Assembly: GCF_006345805.1 (NCBI RefSeq)
Contig: NC_043009.1
Location: 46,748,001 to 46,812,000 of the forward strand
Direction of reading: 5' to 3'
Length of the DNA: 64,000 bases
Source: Octopus sinensis
Lineage: Eukaryota
Position 1 is the stretch's first letter. Every line of letters starts with the position of its first letter. Under the pieces are notes generated by a model. The model did not search any database, was not told where the DNA came from, and saw only the letters and a list, made by a program, of their open reading frames with translations. Made by a program: the position numbers and the translations under genes. Shown here piece by piece: positions 38,058 to 50,559 of the stretch.

Positions 38058-38058
<1 letters not shown>
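37425..38058 (-). mobile_element. 5'-truncated R4/Dong-clade non-LTR retrotransposon (restriction-like endonuclease end)
   Basis: HIVSECFKLAHLEYKRRHDNVARYIHWLLC; RRPNIVLIHKDKKEVKIIDVAIPGD...KEKEKIEKY..L..EI..LW; LLGTGHVLRRVL*. (TAA)n on both sides. Confidence 0.85.
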
Positions 38059-38094
<36 letters not shown>

Positions 38095-38100
38095 TATTAT

Positions 38101-38650
38101 TGAGTGAGAGAGCAGTGCGTGCCCATTAAAGTGACACTGGGGTAAAATATACGAAGCCCAGTATACCCATCATGACTATCCGTCTGATAAGGGTACACTA
38201 GGCACATGCATCTCAACCATGTGTGTACGACATGGTGATCTCATATCAAGATAAACAGTGCATGACCTTGCAGGTGGGGCTCAGTTAGAATTTTCTTCTG
38301 GTCGAGTAACCCATCCCCTTCAAAAGATCCCTGAATATGGGTTGTTTAAGCATGTTGAACGAAACAGCCATGCTTCCAGAGGTGAATTATTCAAACCCCA
38401 AAGAATCCCTCACAACACATGGCTCCCCCACTACTTCTGCTCGTGATCAGAGATGCACATATTGTCAGCCCTAAGGACATGCTCAACTGGTTAAGGTCAA
38501 ACAACTGACAAGCAAATCTGTGGTATTGAGCAGAATATTCGCTGTAGCCCATCTTTTATACCAAGACAAAACAATGTACATGATTACACTTCCAATCAGT
38601 TAAGATCAGAAGCTATGAGAGCCACTGTCTGGTACTGTATCAGAGCATTT
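38101..38650 (-). mobile_element. Non-coding dispersed element abutting (TAA)n, copy 2 (longer)
   Basis: Shares CATGGTGAT.TCATATCAAGATAAACAG...GAGAGCCACTG.CTGGTACTG.ATCAG.GCATTT with 35,209-35,632. Confidence 0.7.
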
Positions 38651-40358
38651 GTGGTATTGAGCAAAATATTTGCTGTAAGTGGGTTCGATGTAATAGACTT
38701 ACACCATTCCCCGAAAATGCTGGCCTTGCGCCAAAATTTGAAATCAATATCCTTCTGATTTTCCGTTCTGAATTCAAATTCTGTCGAGGTCGGCTCTATC
38801 GATAAAAAAAGTGCCAATTAAGTACTTGATCCAAAGTAACCGACTAACACCCCCTCACACCCACGTGCACACACCTGAAATTGTAGGTGTTATGTCAAAA
38901 TTTGAAATTATTATAATTATAAGTTGCTGTAGTCGCAGTAGCAGTAGCATGTCCGGGGGTTGTATGTTTCAATTCCCTCTTTGTAGCATTATTTGAAATA
39001 GCATATTAGCGACCATATTCTGTTCATTTCTTCCCAATTTTTTATTTTCAGAGAATCAATGCTTGAAAATACGTCTTATTGTTTGCCAGCAGAGAAGATA
39101 TTAAACTTGAACGATATCAACTGCTGCAATCAATTAGATGTTATTTGAGTCTACGGAACGCAAAAAGAAATTTTTAATTTCGTAAGGAAAGAGTAAGGGA
39201 AAATTGTTCAACACCTAAAGTCATAAATTTAGCGAAAGAAATTTATCTTTCGACTAATAGAATCTGTGAAAAAATTCTGGTTTCTACCTGTTAAAAGGTG
39301 TTATAAAAATTTGTTTTATACAAAATGGCATTCGTCATGTTAAAAATAAGTTGTTATATTATGTATCTGTTTTATCAATAAAAAATAAATAGGATGTTGT
39401 TTTTTTTATGAATTAAATCTCTGCCTGATACAACGTTTATTTTATTTAATGGATATTAAATTGAGTTTTTGCATCATATGTTGTCTGTAAAATTCAGAAC
39501 TAGTTTCAATTAATTTGAGATTTAAAAGATTTTAAAGAACTCTCAAATAGTATTGTTACTTTTAACTCTACAGATTTCAATGACAATGATGTACTGTTGA
39601 CTACTTAGCGGTCCAAACACAGAGCGATAAGAAAAACATAATTGAAGAGATGATATTGAGCAGGGTTTCTGTTCCTGGAGGAGCTCATATTATTTCAGTT
39701 GCAGTGATGACGTAAACAAACCGACGAGGAAAAAATATAATAGTTTATGTAATTCTAGATAAACAAAGACTAAATGAACACAGATGGAACACATTTGATC
39801 CTAGGTTTTAAACAATTGTTACTTGAAAAATAATTACAAGTATTTTTATACTCTCATATTACAGAATATTTATCAAAATAAAATATCCTTTATAAAACTC
39901 TTTCAGGTTATCCAAGTTTTGCTCCTATTCATAAATTATGAAAGTTCAAAATATTAGGTTAACAGAATAGGTAGCTGTAAAGAAACAATCGAAAATCGAA
40001 ATGAACCAATCAAAATCTTAACCTGATTCTCGTAGGTATACAGAAAATAAACGCAGCTTCTATCCGCATTTAGCCTCCTCATTAGTCAATTTGTTGTTTT
40101 CCACCATCTTTCTCTGTGGCTATTCTTTCATGATGCCCAACAACCCTTTTATGTTTTTATACTTCTTTAAAAGCAGGTTGCTTTGATGCTACAAGCCTAA
40201 GGTGTTACAGTCTTCGACATATTTTCAGATCAATACGCTATATACATCGCTACCAATTTCATATTCTGATCGATTGCTAATAAGTTATCAATAAAGTGAT
40301 CGACAATTCAAAGCCACGGACAGAAAAAGTGAAAACCTTTACATTTACTTTCCAAGGA

Positions 40359-40487
40359 AGAAGGTAACCTCACTGGTAGATTATATATTCCATTCATGTT
40401 ATAAATAAATCGATATATTTTACCTGTAAGCTGAAAAGCTATGAGAAATAAAGCCATCGCAATTGCTGCCCAGTATAAGTGAACGAG
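40359..40487. repeat. ~128-bp non-coding segment duplicated at 47,274-47,402
   Basis: GAAGGTAAC.TCACTG...TTATAAATAAATCGATATATTTTACC...AAGCTGAAAAG.TATGAGAAATAAA...AACGAG at both sites, same orientation. Confidence 0.9.
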
Positions 40488-40951
40488 ATAGGTAGAACCT
40501 TATGACTAGGAGCCAAATATTTTTTAGGAAAAAAAGGAATTAGTGTTGAACACATTTTTATATACATATGTGACCAACATTATTATACGAATTATCCTAC
40601 AACAACCCGCATACACGAAGATTTCATTTCAAAAGGAATGAGAGAATTAATAGTACGTAGTAAAGAAGCTAAACTGATCGATTTGAACAGCAAAAAAAAA
40701 ACGCACACGAAGCCCAGGAAACATCTTTTGACATCAGAAACCAAGCCAAGCTAGATTGTTCAAGTTATTAATAGGGTAGCTACCGTCATCCCACCCATTT
40801 AATAAAGTAGCAAAGGGCTTTCGAAACGTACGAATTTCACACCAAATATTTTCTACTTTATGATGCTTCTTGATTAGGAAAGAACTTTCACGAATTTATT
40901 TGACAGTGTATCGACTTTAGATAAAAAAAAAAACAATCATCAATTGCTGTC

Positions 40952-41050
<99 letters not shown>

Positions 41051-41121
41051 CTTTATGCGTGGATGCGTGGCGTTCAATCAAATAATAATATAAATAATAT
41101 GTATATATAATTACACACACA

Positions 41122-41157
<36 letters not shown>

Positions 41158-41585
41158 GTATATATATATATATATATGCATATATACATATATGGGTACA
41201 GGACGTTACAAACTGTAAACAACACGAAATACATAAAGAAATGAGTTGAATACGCAAATAACGAAAGAAACAAATGAAAAACAGGACGAGTAACATAACC
41301 AATGACCCTTCATCAGTTGTCGGCTGTCCATCTACTCCTCATTTCGAGCATTGAATGACAATATGAGTCTTCGAAGGCAGTTGCTCCCACAAAAGCCCAA
41401 ATGAAATTTGGGATTCATGGATGGTCAAAGCTGGTAACAAAAGTAGGACAGTGGAGACATTCAAGGAAACCGAACGAAAACGGACATGGAGGGTCGTTAG
41501 ACCAGACGAAGATATATATGCATATCTATATATATATATATATATATATTATTTACATACATACATATATATATATACATATACT

Positions 41586-41651
<66 letters not shown>

Positions 41652-42085
41652 TCAACTACGGTAGTAGTTAAATAATATTCTTAACGTAGCTTCTTTTTCG
41701 CAGTCGGCGTCTTCCAAGGAGTCTCACTAATTCAGCTTTAATCGAAATCAAATTTAATTTTCTGAATTATGTTTGACTAGCGATAAGCTACAGTTAGACA
41801 TAAAATACTTAAAATCTGGTGCAGTAGAACAAATATTAAGAGAAAACATGTATAAACCAAACTGGTTGACTGATGGGAAGTAACACCCGTCATCGACACT
41901 GAATCCAACACCATTCTTTTAATTTTGATTAAAAATTACATTGTTGATATTAATATGAAAGAGAAATGTTAAAGGAATATATTGGTAAAGGTTCCGTCAA
42001 ACTTTATCTATTAGAAAAAAAGATATTCAATTTTAATTCTCAAATTCTTATCAATATTTGCGTGATATTAAAGGGGCACTACTCA

Positions 42086-42392
42086 AGCATAACTACAGAT
42101 TTTTGCACCCCATCCCCGAATTTGGATGATCATAACTTTCAGAAAAATGGATACTTTTTAATGAAATTTTCTACTTGTTTCAGTCATTTTACTGCGGCCA
42201 TGCTGGAACACCGCCTCCCAGGACTTATTCTTTGTAAGCAAATCAACTCCCAGGATTTATTCTTTGTAAGTCTAGTACTCATTCCATCGAAAGCATTTTG
42301 CCGAATCGCTAAGTTACGGGGACGTAAACACACCAGCATCGGCTGTCAAGCGATGTTGGGGGGGGGGAGGACAAACACAGACACACAAACAT

Positions 42393-42427
<35 letters not shown>

Positions 42428-42592
42428 CATACATACATACATACATACATACATACGACGGGCTTTCAGTTTCCGTCTACCAAATCTACGAGGCTATAGT
42501 AGAATACACTTGCCCAAGGTGCCACGCAGTAGGACTGAACCTGAAACCATGTGGTTGGTAAGCAAACTACTTACCACACAGCCACTCCTGTG

Positions 42593-42677
<85 letters not shown>

Positions 42678-42952
42678 GCATATATGGATACAGGACATCA
42701 CCAATGGTGCAAATAACATCAAATAAATGAAATTTCTTTTTTGTGGGGAGGGAGTGTTTTATGAGGGGTGGGGAAATTCGAAAATTTCCACACCAACCCC
42801 TACTAAAACACTTTCCCCGCAAAATTTTATATATTCGCAATCTACATCATATAACACATAATCGTTTAAAATGTCATTAAAAAATACCTATTTTTCTGAA
42901 AGTTATGGTCATCCAAAGTCGGCGGAGAGTCACAGAAATCTGTAGTTATGCT
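42086..42952. mobile_element. Non-autonomous TIR element (~85-bp TIRs, apparent 9-bp TSD, Mutator-like) carrying a SINE insertion
   Basis: AGCATAACTACAGATTT...CATAACTTTCAGAAAAAT and its reverse complement; flanks CACTACTCA / CCCTACTCA match at 8 of 9. Confidence 0.65.
42172..42596 (-). mobile_element. SINE family A nested in the TIR element
   Basis: Head and 3' tail are both present on the minus strand. Confidence 0.85.
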
Positions 42953-43214
42953 CCCTACTCATATATGAACTAAATTATTTCCTAAGCGCGCACACACAAC
43001 AAAAGACAAAAGACTACACAAATAGATACAAAACGTTCTAATATTTATTTTCATTATTCTAAATTATTTTTTATATAAAAATGAAATTTTTTTGATGAAT
43101 TGTTTGTAGTATTTTTAAATAAACTATTTTAAAATAAATTATTTTTTAACAATATTATTTTAATAACAAGATTATTTAATAAAATATTATTATTATTATT
43201 AATTAATTAATTTA

Positions 43215-43670
43215 TTTATTTATTTATTTTTTATCTCTGTGAGTAGTACTGAATCATGTAGCAGGGCTGTTCAGAAAAAAGGCAAATGACAAAAATTCAA
43301 ATATTTTAACAGCTAATTTTCATTATTTTTAAAATTTCAAACATGCTAAAAATATCTTTATTTATAATTCATTTATTAATTTTATAGTAAATAGAATATG
43401 GTTATTTGTGGCTTTGTCTCTATGATCATTACTGAAATCTGTAGTAAGGCTGATCAGAAAAGGTAAATACCACTTGTAATTATATTCTATTCAATATTAA
43501 TTTAATTTCATTTATTTAAAATAAAGTAATTTTATTAAATTTGTATCCTCATTTTTTTCATTATTTAAAAAATTCTTTAAATATACTCATTTGTAAACTG
43601 TGTCTCTGTACAGTACTGAACTTACAGTACGTACATTATGTCCAGAAAAGCAAAGTTGCAATGATTATCA
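43215..43670 (+). ncRNA. Candidate cluster of three paralogous pri-miRNA-like hairpins
   Basis: Shared RTCTCTRT...TACTGAA...YAGY...CAGAAAA core at 183- and 184-bp spacing; each folds by eye into a 70-80-nt hairpin. Unverified. Confidence 0.35.
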
Positions 43671-43837
43671 TTCATTTTTAATTTAATTTCTAAATGAGAA
43701 TTATTGAAAAGAAAAATCAAAATTTTGTTTGAATTTTCTTGGAAATTTTTGAAATCAAAATGACAGAAAAAAATGGTAACTATATATATTTTTAATTAAA
43801 ATTTTACTATTACTGCAATGCCAGTAAAAACAATGGA

Positions 43838-44155
43838 CTAGCCAATGCAAAATGCGGACGCATACTCACAATATTCTTAACAATGAAACCTGGAAAAGTA
43901 AAGGACATGAAAAAACTCATTAAAATTAATAAATTCATTTAGTACAAAAAACAAAATTAAAATAAAAAAAAGGTAAAATGAAATTAATTGAATTTTTAAA
44001 AAATATGAGAGAGTACCCAGGAGATACTTTTTAATTTTAATTTTAGCAGCAATATTTTAAGCTCTAATTCTAATGAGTTTTTTCTTGTCTTCTACTTTTC
44101 CAGGTTTAATTATTAAGAATATTGTTAGTGTGCAACCGCATTTTTCATTGGCTAG
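43838..44155. repeat. Foldback with 85-bp arms and a ~148-bp AT-rich spacer
   Basis: 43,838-43,922 is the reverse complement of 44,071-44,155 with roughly 85% identity by eye; no TSD found. Confidence 0.9.
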
Positions 44156-44244
44156 CTTATATATGCAGGACTGATAAGTGCTAACACACACGAAACTCTC
44201 GCACTTTGAGCCACTCTGTTGCTTCTGATAAATATTAATATATA

Positions 44245-44438
44245 CAGGAGGTTAACTATATGGTCGGTCACAGAGTGACCAATGGTTTCGCATCCATAAA
44301 GCGCTTAGCCTTATAGACGACACGTCAACCCTCAAATTTTGCGACCGTCTGAGTCTGACGTGTTGTCTATAAGGCTAAGCGCTTAATGGATGCGAAACCA
44401 TTGGTCATTCTATGACCAGCCTTATAGTTAACCTCCTG
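44245..44438. mobile_element. Tc1/mariner-type MITE, almost entirely palindromic
   Basis: TA|CAGGAGGTTAACTATA ... TATAGTTAACCTCCTG|TA; 83-bp arms with 7 differences and a 28-nt loop. Confidence 0.85.
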
Positions 44439-46765
44439 TAAATACATTACTGCTCTAACTTCTAGAGTATGCTTATATGTATGCTTCATAACACAAAGTT
44501 TGATCAGTATAGAGTGGTAATAAGAACAAAGCGATGACACTGGAAAATACAATAGCGCAGAAATTCTAAGTCACAAATAGTAAAATAAAGTAAGAGCAGC
44601 GAGCCTTAAACTAATCGTCAATAAAAATCGCGAAGTAGTGGATGATTTTAAAAGACATTACAATTAATTTTTTTTCCTTACACAGTAGAATAATTTTTAT
44701 CTTTTTACGATATTTTCCTTTGAAACCAAATTGTTTCTCTTGAACATATTGAGTAAATCTGGCATTATTGCTGTCTCTCTGGGTCTTTGTCATTGAAAAT
44801 AAAAATCAATTGCAAAATATCTTTAAATAACATTTAGTGATGTATTTATTCGGTGGATAAAATGTCCGGAAGTAAATTTATCGAAAATACAATTTTTAAC
44901 ATGACGATAAATGTACCAACAATGTGTTCGCCAATGATGTAAATATCTTAAGATGAAATTTATCAGGCAATGAAATTATAAGTTATTTATTTACCAAGCG
45001 ATGGAATTAGTTGATATTGTACACTTTACAGTCCAAAATGTCATTTCTTTTATGACTTGGGTGCTTTTTGATGGCGATTTACCTTTTATTTCTAGGCTCT
45101 TGTGATCCTGTTAATTTCTCACCACCTCTGCAAAATATTCTGTGCGATGTTCTTGTAATTCTATCAATGCACTGCTCTCAGTCACCATCAATATGATCGA
45201 TATCGTTAGTTGTAATGTTGAATGTCATACAAATACCCAGTAATCCGAGACGTTCTCGGATTGAAGCAATTTTTTATTTGCTTACATAATTAACTCCTTT
45301 GAAAGAAGCCGATATATAGAAAGAAGCCGATATATGTTCAGTTTAACTGCAATACAAGCCAACGATTATATACGAAGTCGCCAGACCTGCTAGAAATAGT
45401 AACCAGTTTTTTCGTGTTCAAAACCTCTCTTTGTTAAGTTAAGAAACTTGGGACAATGAAGTGTTTGATAAATATAAAGATGGAATGGTCACGGCTGAAA
45501 TGCGTTGGATCATAACACTTCTTAATCAATACTTAATCCGAATCTAAACATCAGCAACAACAATAGCAGTAGCAATACTAATTGAGAATTAAAATTTTGA
45601 CATGTTATTGAAATGTAGCCCACTAGAAAAAGTGTGAATGCCACATGATCGAATGGTTACGAGGCTCGTTCGGTTTGCTAATACGAGATCCCATGTCCAA
45701 ACCTTATTTTATGGAATGTTTGGTAAATAACTTCCATTATTATCTCGCCCTGTTTGTGAAATTTGGTGGACGGAAATTGTGTGAAAACCCGAAAATACTC
45801 GAATTACGTTGATTTTTACCTGAGGAATATCTTAATGATCCACATGTTTATGAAGTAATTCAGTTGATGGGAAAACTGAAACGGTATCGTCAAAACTGAC
45901 TCAGATCCAATTAATTTCTTTACGAGAAAATGCGGTATCAAAACTGTCACATTCATTAAATATTTCAATATGAGTTTTGAGAATAAACAATCATTTCAGA
46001 TTCTATTGTTGTATATAATGTAGTGGTGATTCCATTAACTGGAGCTTGGTGAGTGTGACGAATTTAACGTCTAGATCTTAATACTTCTATGCAGACTCAA
46101 ACCGTTTTATCCTAAATACAAAACAACAGATTAATTTTAGTGCTTCATTTACCCATGGAATTTTTACCTTTTACCAAAGCAAGGTGTTAACGTATTCATG
46201 TATTTAAATTAAGAAAGAAGACTGAGTTCTGGATATTCGATTTGATTGACTAAACGAAAAAGACAGACACAAACCATTCTGATTTTCCTTGTATTCCTAT
46301 TGCCAGGCCTTAACGGGAACTATTGGGCTGTCTCCTGAAATTTCTAAGAAGAGTGCCTTGTCTTCCACTTGCCAAATAATATTTCCTAGAATGGTTTGTT
46401 TGTGAAAGATTCTAGTAATAGTATTGGAGCTAGATTGAGGACCTTTATGCTCACATGTTCTAAATATCCAAGAACAAGTTTGCATATTCTAGAACAGCTT
46501 ACACATACACGATCATATTACATACACTTCACTACTAATGTTGAAATTTATAAAGTATATTACAGAACATCCATTTATGTAGTAAACAGATAACAAATTA
46601 TATAACGCTACACATTATACACGCAAACCCTCCCTCGTACGCTCACATATACTCACAGACTTACGCAAACACTTATTCATGCATACATATATTCACATAT
46701 GTATACATTTGTGTGTGTTTGTGCGTGTATGTTTGTGTATGTGCGTTTGTGTGACTCTGTGTGTT

Positions 46766-46802
<37 letters not shown>

Positions 46803-47796
46803 GCGCGCAATGTCCTGAGTGTGAATATATTTGTACGTGTTGTGTGTATGTCTGCACATGTGAATAAACTTGCACTCATGGGTGTCCCCAGAACAATGCG
46901 TGTATGTGTCACAACAAAATTTCCCCGGAGATCAGGGGTTACGTAGCCCAGTTCACCTCTGATAATAAGTTCAAACAAAAATCCATATAAGAACTGTAAG
47001 TTTCTCATTAGTTCTTCTTAGATGTAATATCTTTCCTCAAATTTTGAATAGAGATTCACAACTACTGGGCAACTGATTTCTATATTGAAGCAATGCATGA
47101 ATTTTGGTCCCTGTCACATACTACTTTACTTCATTTGCTGCGCTTACACCAGGTTGCAGTTTTTATTGAAATATTCCACTAGCATTCTTCATGTTTAAAG
47201 TTGTGGATACTTTATGTTTCTGATATGTCTTTAGCATGGCCGTCAGTGCAAGTCACCTCCTGTAGACTGTTACAGAAGGTAACATCACTGCTTGATTATC
47301 TATACCATTTGTGTTATAAATAAATCGATATATTTTACCAATAAGCTGAAAAGTTATGAGAAATAAAACCGTTACAATTGCTCCCCAGTATAAATAAACG
47401 AGCAATAAAAGAACGTTGTTTCAGGGACAATGTCCTGCCTCATGGAAAAGTAGTATTATGTATGTATGTATGAATGTATGTATGCATGTATGTATGCATG
47501 CATGCATGTGTGTATGTATAATAGATTAGCCCATATGCATATTAGCTAAATTTTCTTAGAGGATGGACACGCCTACATCTTCGAATATATTATACACCTT
47601 CCAAAAATTAAGTAACGTGGATCTATACGAACATATTTTAAAATTTGCACCATTTACTAAAATGTGTTAAGCAACACATCCTTTTGTTTGTTCATCTGTT
47701 TGTTTGAATACATATGCATGTGTGTATGTGTATGTGTATATTATATATATATACGCACACACACACAAACACACACACACGCACGCACACACACTA

Positions 47797-47895
<99 letters not shown>

Positions 47896-48182
47896 ACTAT
47901 TCTGTAATGGTAAGATCAACAAAAAAATGTACTCCACTTGGTGACAGATAAATATTATTTAATAGATACAATATATATATATATATATGTTTACATGTGC
48001 TACTAATATGTTGAGAAATGCCTGGAATATATTCAACAGGCACAAACAACATATAACGAACTGTTCGTTATATGTTGTTTGTGACTGATGATTATGCTAG
48101 AGGCATTTCTCAACACATGAAACTATCAGTAGCACATAAATACACCTGTATATGTACAAATGCATGCATACACATGCACGCG

Positions 48183-48216
<34 letters not shown>

Positions 48217-48921
48217 AATACTCATATAAGCACGTAGATATCGAAAAGTACACGCAAATACACAGACTTAAAGGTGACAAATTTTTATCTTCTACAAGTG
48301 ATATCACTGCATCGCAAACAAAATATCGCCTTTGTTATAAATTCTTACTCGTAGTATAGCAACGAACGTTTAGTAATTCTTTCACTACTGTTCTTTTCAT
48401 TTTCAATTACAGCAAATTCTACATTTCACTATAGGTGTCTTTCTATTTGTAGGCTGAGATTTATAATCTTATGAAAAAAATATCAGTCTTCGAATTAATT
48501 TTCTATTTGACTTGTCATCTAGGTAATATATCTAAATACTTTTACTATTTTACTTCTTTACGTAATCTTCAATAGGGCTATTGTCAAATCACTTCCGTCT
48601 TTTCCCCACAGTATATTGAAATCTAAGCGTTTACACGATGAACATACATCTCTTGCAAATATATTGTCCATGTGCTGCTTGACTGCTGTTATTTTAGTTG
48701 TTTAATTGTCCCTGTTACAAATGCCAATTAGGAATGTCTCTATTCTTATTTTCTTGTTCATTTTAGTATCATTGTGCTTGCTCTTAAAATTTGAAATGTT
48801 GCCGCTAATTGACATATTGTTCGCAACGCAAAGAATCATTTCCATTTACTCGCAATTCAGCCACTAGAGGAAGTAAGCTACAATTATTATGTCAATCATT
48901 ATTGGAAACAAGTTACAACGA

Positions 48922-49326
48922 TATTCTCTTCTACTCTAGGCACAAGGCCGAAATTTTGGGGAAGATTCCAGTCGATAAGATCAACCCCAGTATGCAACTG
49001 GTACTTAATTTATCGACCCAGTAAGGATGAAAGGCAAAGTCGACCGCGGTGGAATTAGAACTCAGAACGTAAAGACAGACGAAATACCTATTTCTATTTC
49101 TTTACTACCCACAAGGGGTTAAACACAGAGGGGACAAACAAGGACAGACAAACGGATTAAGTCGACTACATCGACCCCAGTGCGTAACTGGTACTTTATT
49201 TATTGACCCCGAAAGGATGAAAGGCAAAGTCGACCTCGACGGAATTTGAACTCAGCACGTAACGGTAGACGAAATTCGGCTACGCATTTCGCCCGGCGTG
49301 CTAACGTTTCTGCCAGCTCGCCGCCT
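48922..49326 (-). mobile_element. SINE family B, dimeric form
   Basis: Same dimer junction as 9,066, 37,031 and 57,494, with an extra AGAAAT. Confidence 0.9.
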
Positions 49327-49380
49327 TCACACGTTACAATGATATTCTATCGTAAAGACACCAAAACTAACAGTGATCTA

Positions 49381-50460
49381 TCAGATCATCCCATAAGTTC
49401 TGTATGAATTTTGAATAAAGTAAACAAGTGATCAGATGTTGTATTTAATTGAAATTTAATCATCAATGTACTTTCCCTGATTATCTATGACTTCCTTCTA
49501 TCTATTTACAAGCTTTTTAATCCCATCAATGTAAAACTCTTTTGGTTTCAAAACAAAGAACTCTGAAATGTCAGTTTCGACCGTCTCCTGGCTTGCGAAA
49601 TGATTCTGTAGACTACGAAATAAATGATAGTCTGAAGGAGAAAGGTCGTAAGGATAAGGTGGATAAGGAATTTTTTCCCAACCAAGGTCTTCGATCTTCT
49701 GTGATGTGATCTTTGCAATGTGGAGTCGCGCATTGTCCTGATGAAACATTACTCCTTTTCGATTCACAAAAGCGGTTTTTTCCTTCAAAGCTTGGTTTAA
49801 ACGCTCTGGTTGCTGACAGTAGACTTGAGCATTAATTGTTGCATTAGTAGGTGGTAACAATTCAAAGTGAATTACTCGTTTGCAATCCCACCAGATAGAA
49901 AGAAGAACATTTTCCCCATGAAGTTCCCTTTTCGGTTGTGGTTGAGCTTTTTCCCTTTTACCAAGCCACTGTTTACGACGTTTAACATTTCGATAGAAGA
50001 TCCATTTTTCGGCACCAGTCACAAGTCTATCAAAAAAGGGTGAAATGAGTTCGCGAGAACGGAGTGAAGAGCAGATGCCAACTCGGGATTTGTGGTTACT
50101 TTCGGACAATTCATGAGGCACTCATTTTCAAAGTTTAGGAATTTTTCCAAGTTGTTGAAGATGACGATGAACAGTTGTATGGTTTGAACTAAGCTTTATT
50201 GCCAATTCTTCAACTGATAATGCAGGATTACGTCCTGTTCGATCATCATTTTCAAGGTTGAAATCTCCACTTCTGAATTTTGCAAACCATCTTCTGCGAG
50301 TTCTTTAATTCAAGCATTCTTTTCCATAAACTGAGTGTATGTTTCGAGTAGCTTCGGCTACAGAGTTTTCTTTTTTGTACTCATAAAGCATTATGTGCCT
50401 CAACTACTCTTTGGATTCACCCATATTAGAAAGAGCTTTAATCAAAGAAATTTCTGAGTA
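49381..50460 (-). mobile_element. Mariner transposon, third family, inactivated, 5' TIR missing
   Basis: ATG at 50,424; MGESKE*LRHIMLYEYKK...RRWFAKFRSGDFNL; VPHELS; LVTGAEKW (first catalytic D changed to A); QDNARLH; PYDLSPSDYHLF. 3' TIR TCAGATCATCCCATAAGTTCTGT follows TA. Confidence 0.92.
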
Positions 50461-50559
50461 CATTCTGAGTTCAAATGCAAGGATGATAAGGATGGGAGAA
50501 TACAGAAAGCGCCCACCGACCCTCTGCTTCTCTATTATATTATTCTTTAATAAATCATT

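Noticed and set aside
41290-41330. CTGATGA on the minus strand as another hammerhead
   Set aside because: No stem II followed by GAAA at a suitable distance.
43410-43830. SECIS, C/D snoRNA or IRE readings of the 43-kb hairpins
   Set aside because: ATGA-N9-AAA-N13-TGA is too short and mispaired for a SECIS; box C to box D is only ~32 nt and not conserved among units; the CAATGC loop lacks the IRE CAGUG and bulged C.
42990-44210. Extremely AT-rich block as a mitochondrial insertion
   Set aside because: No recognisable mitochondrial rRNA, tRNA or protein sequence.
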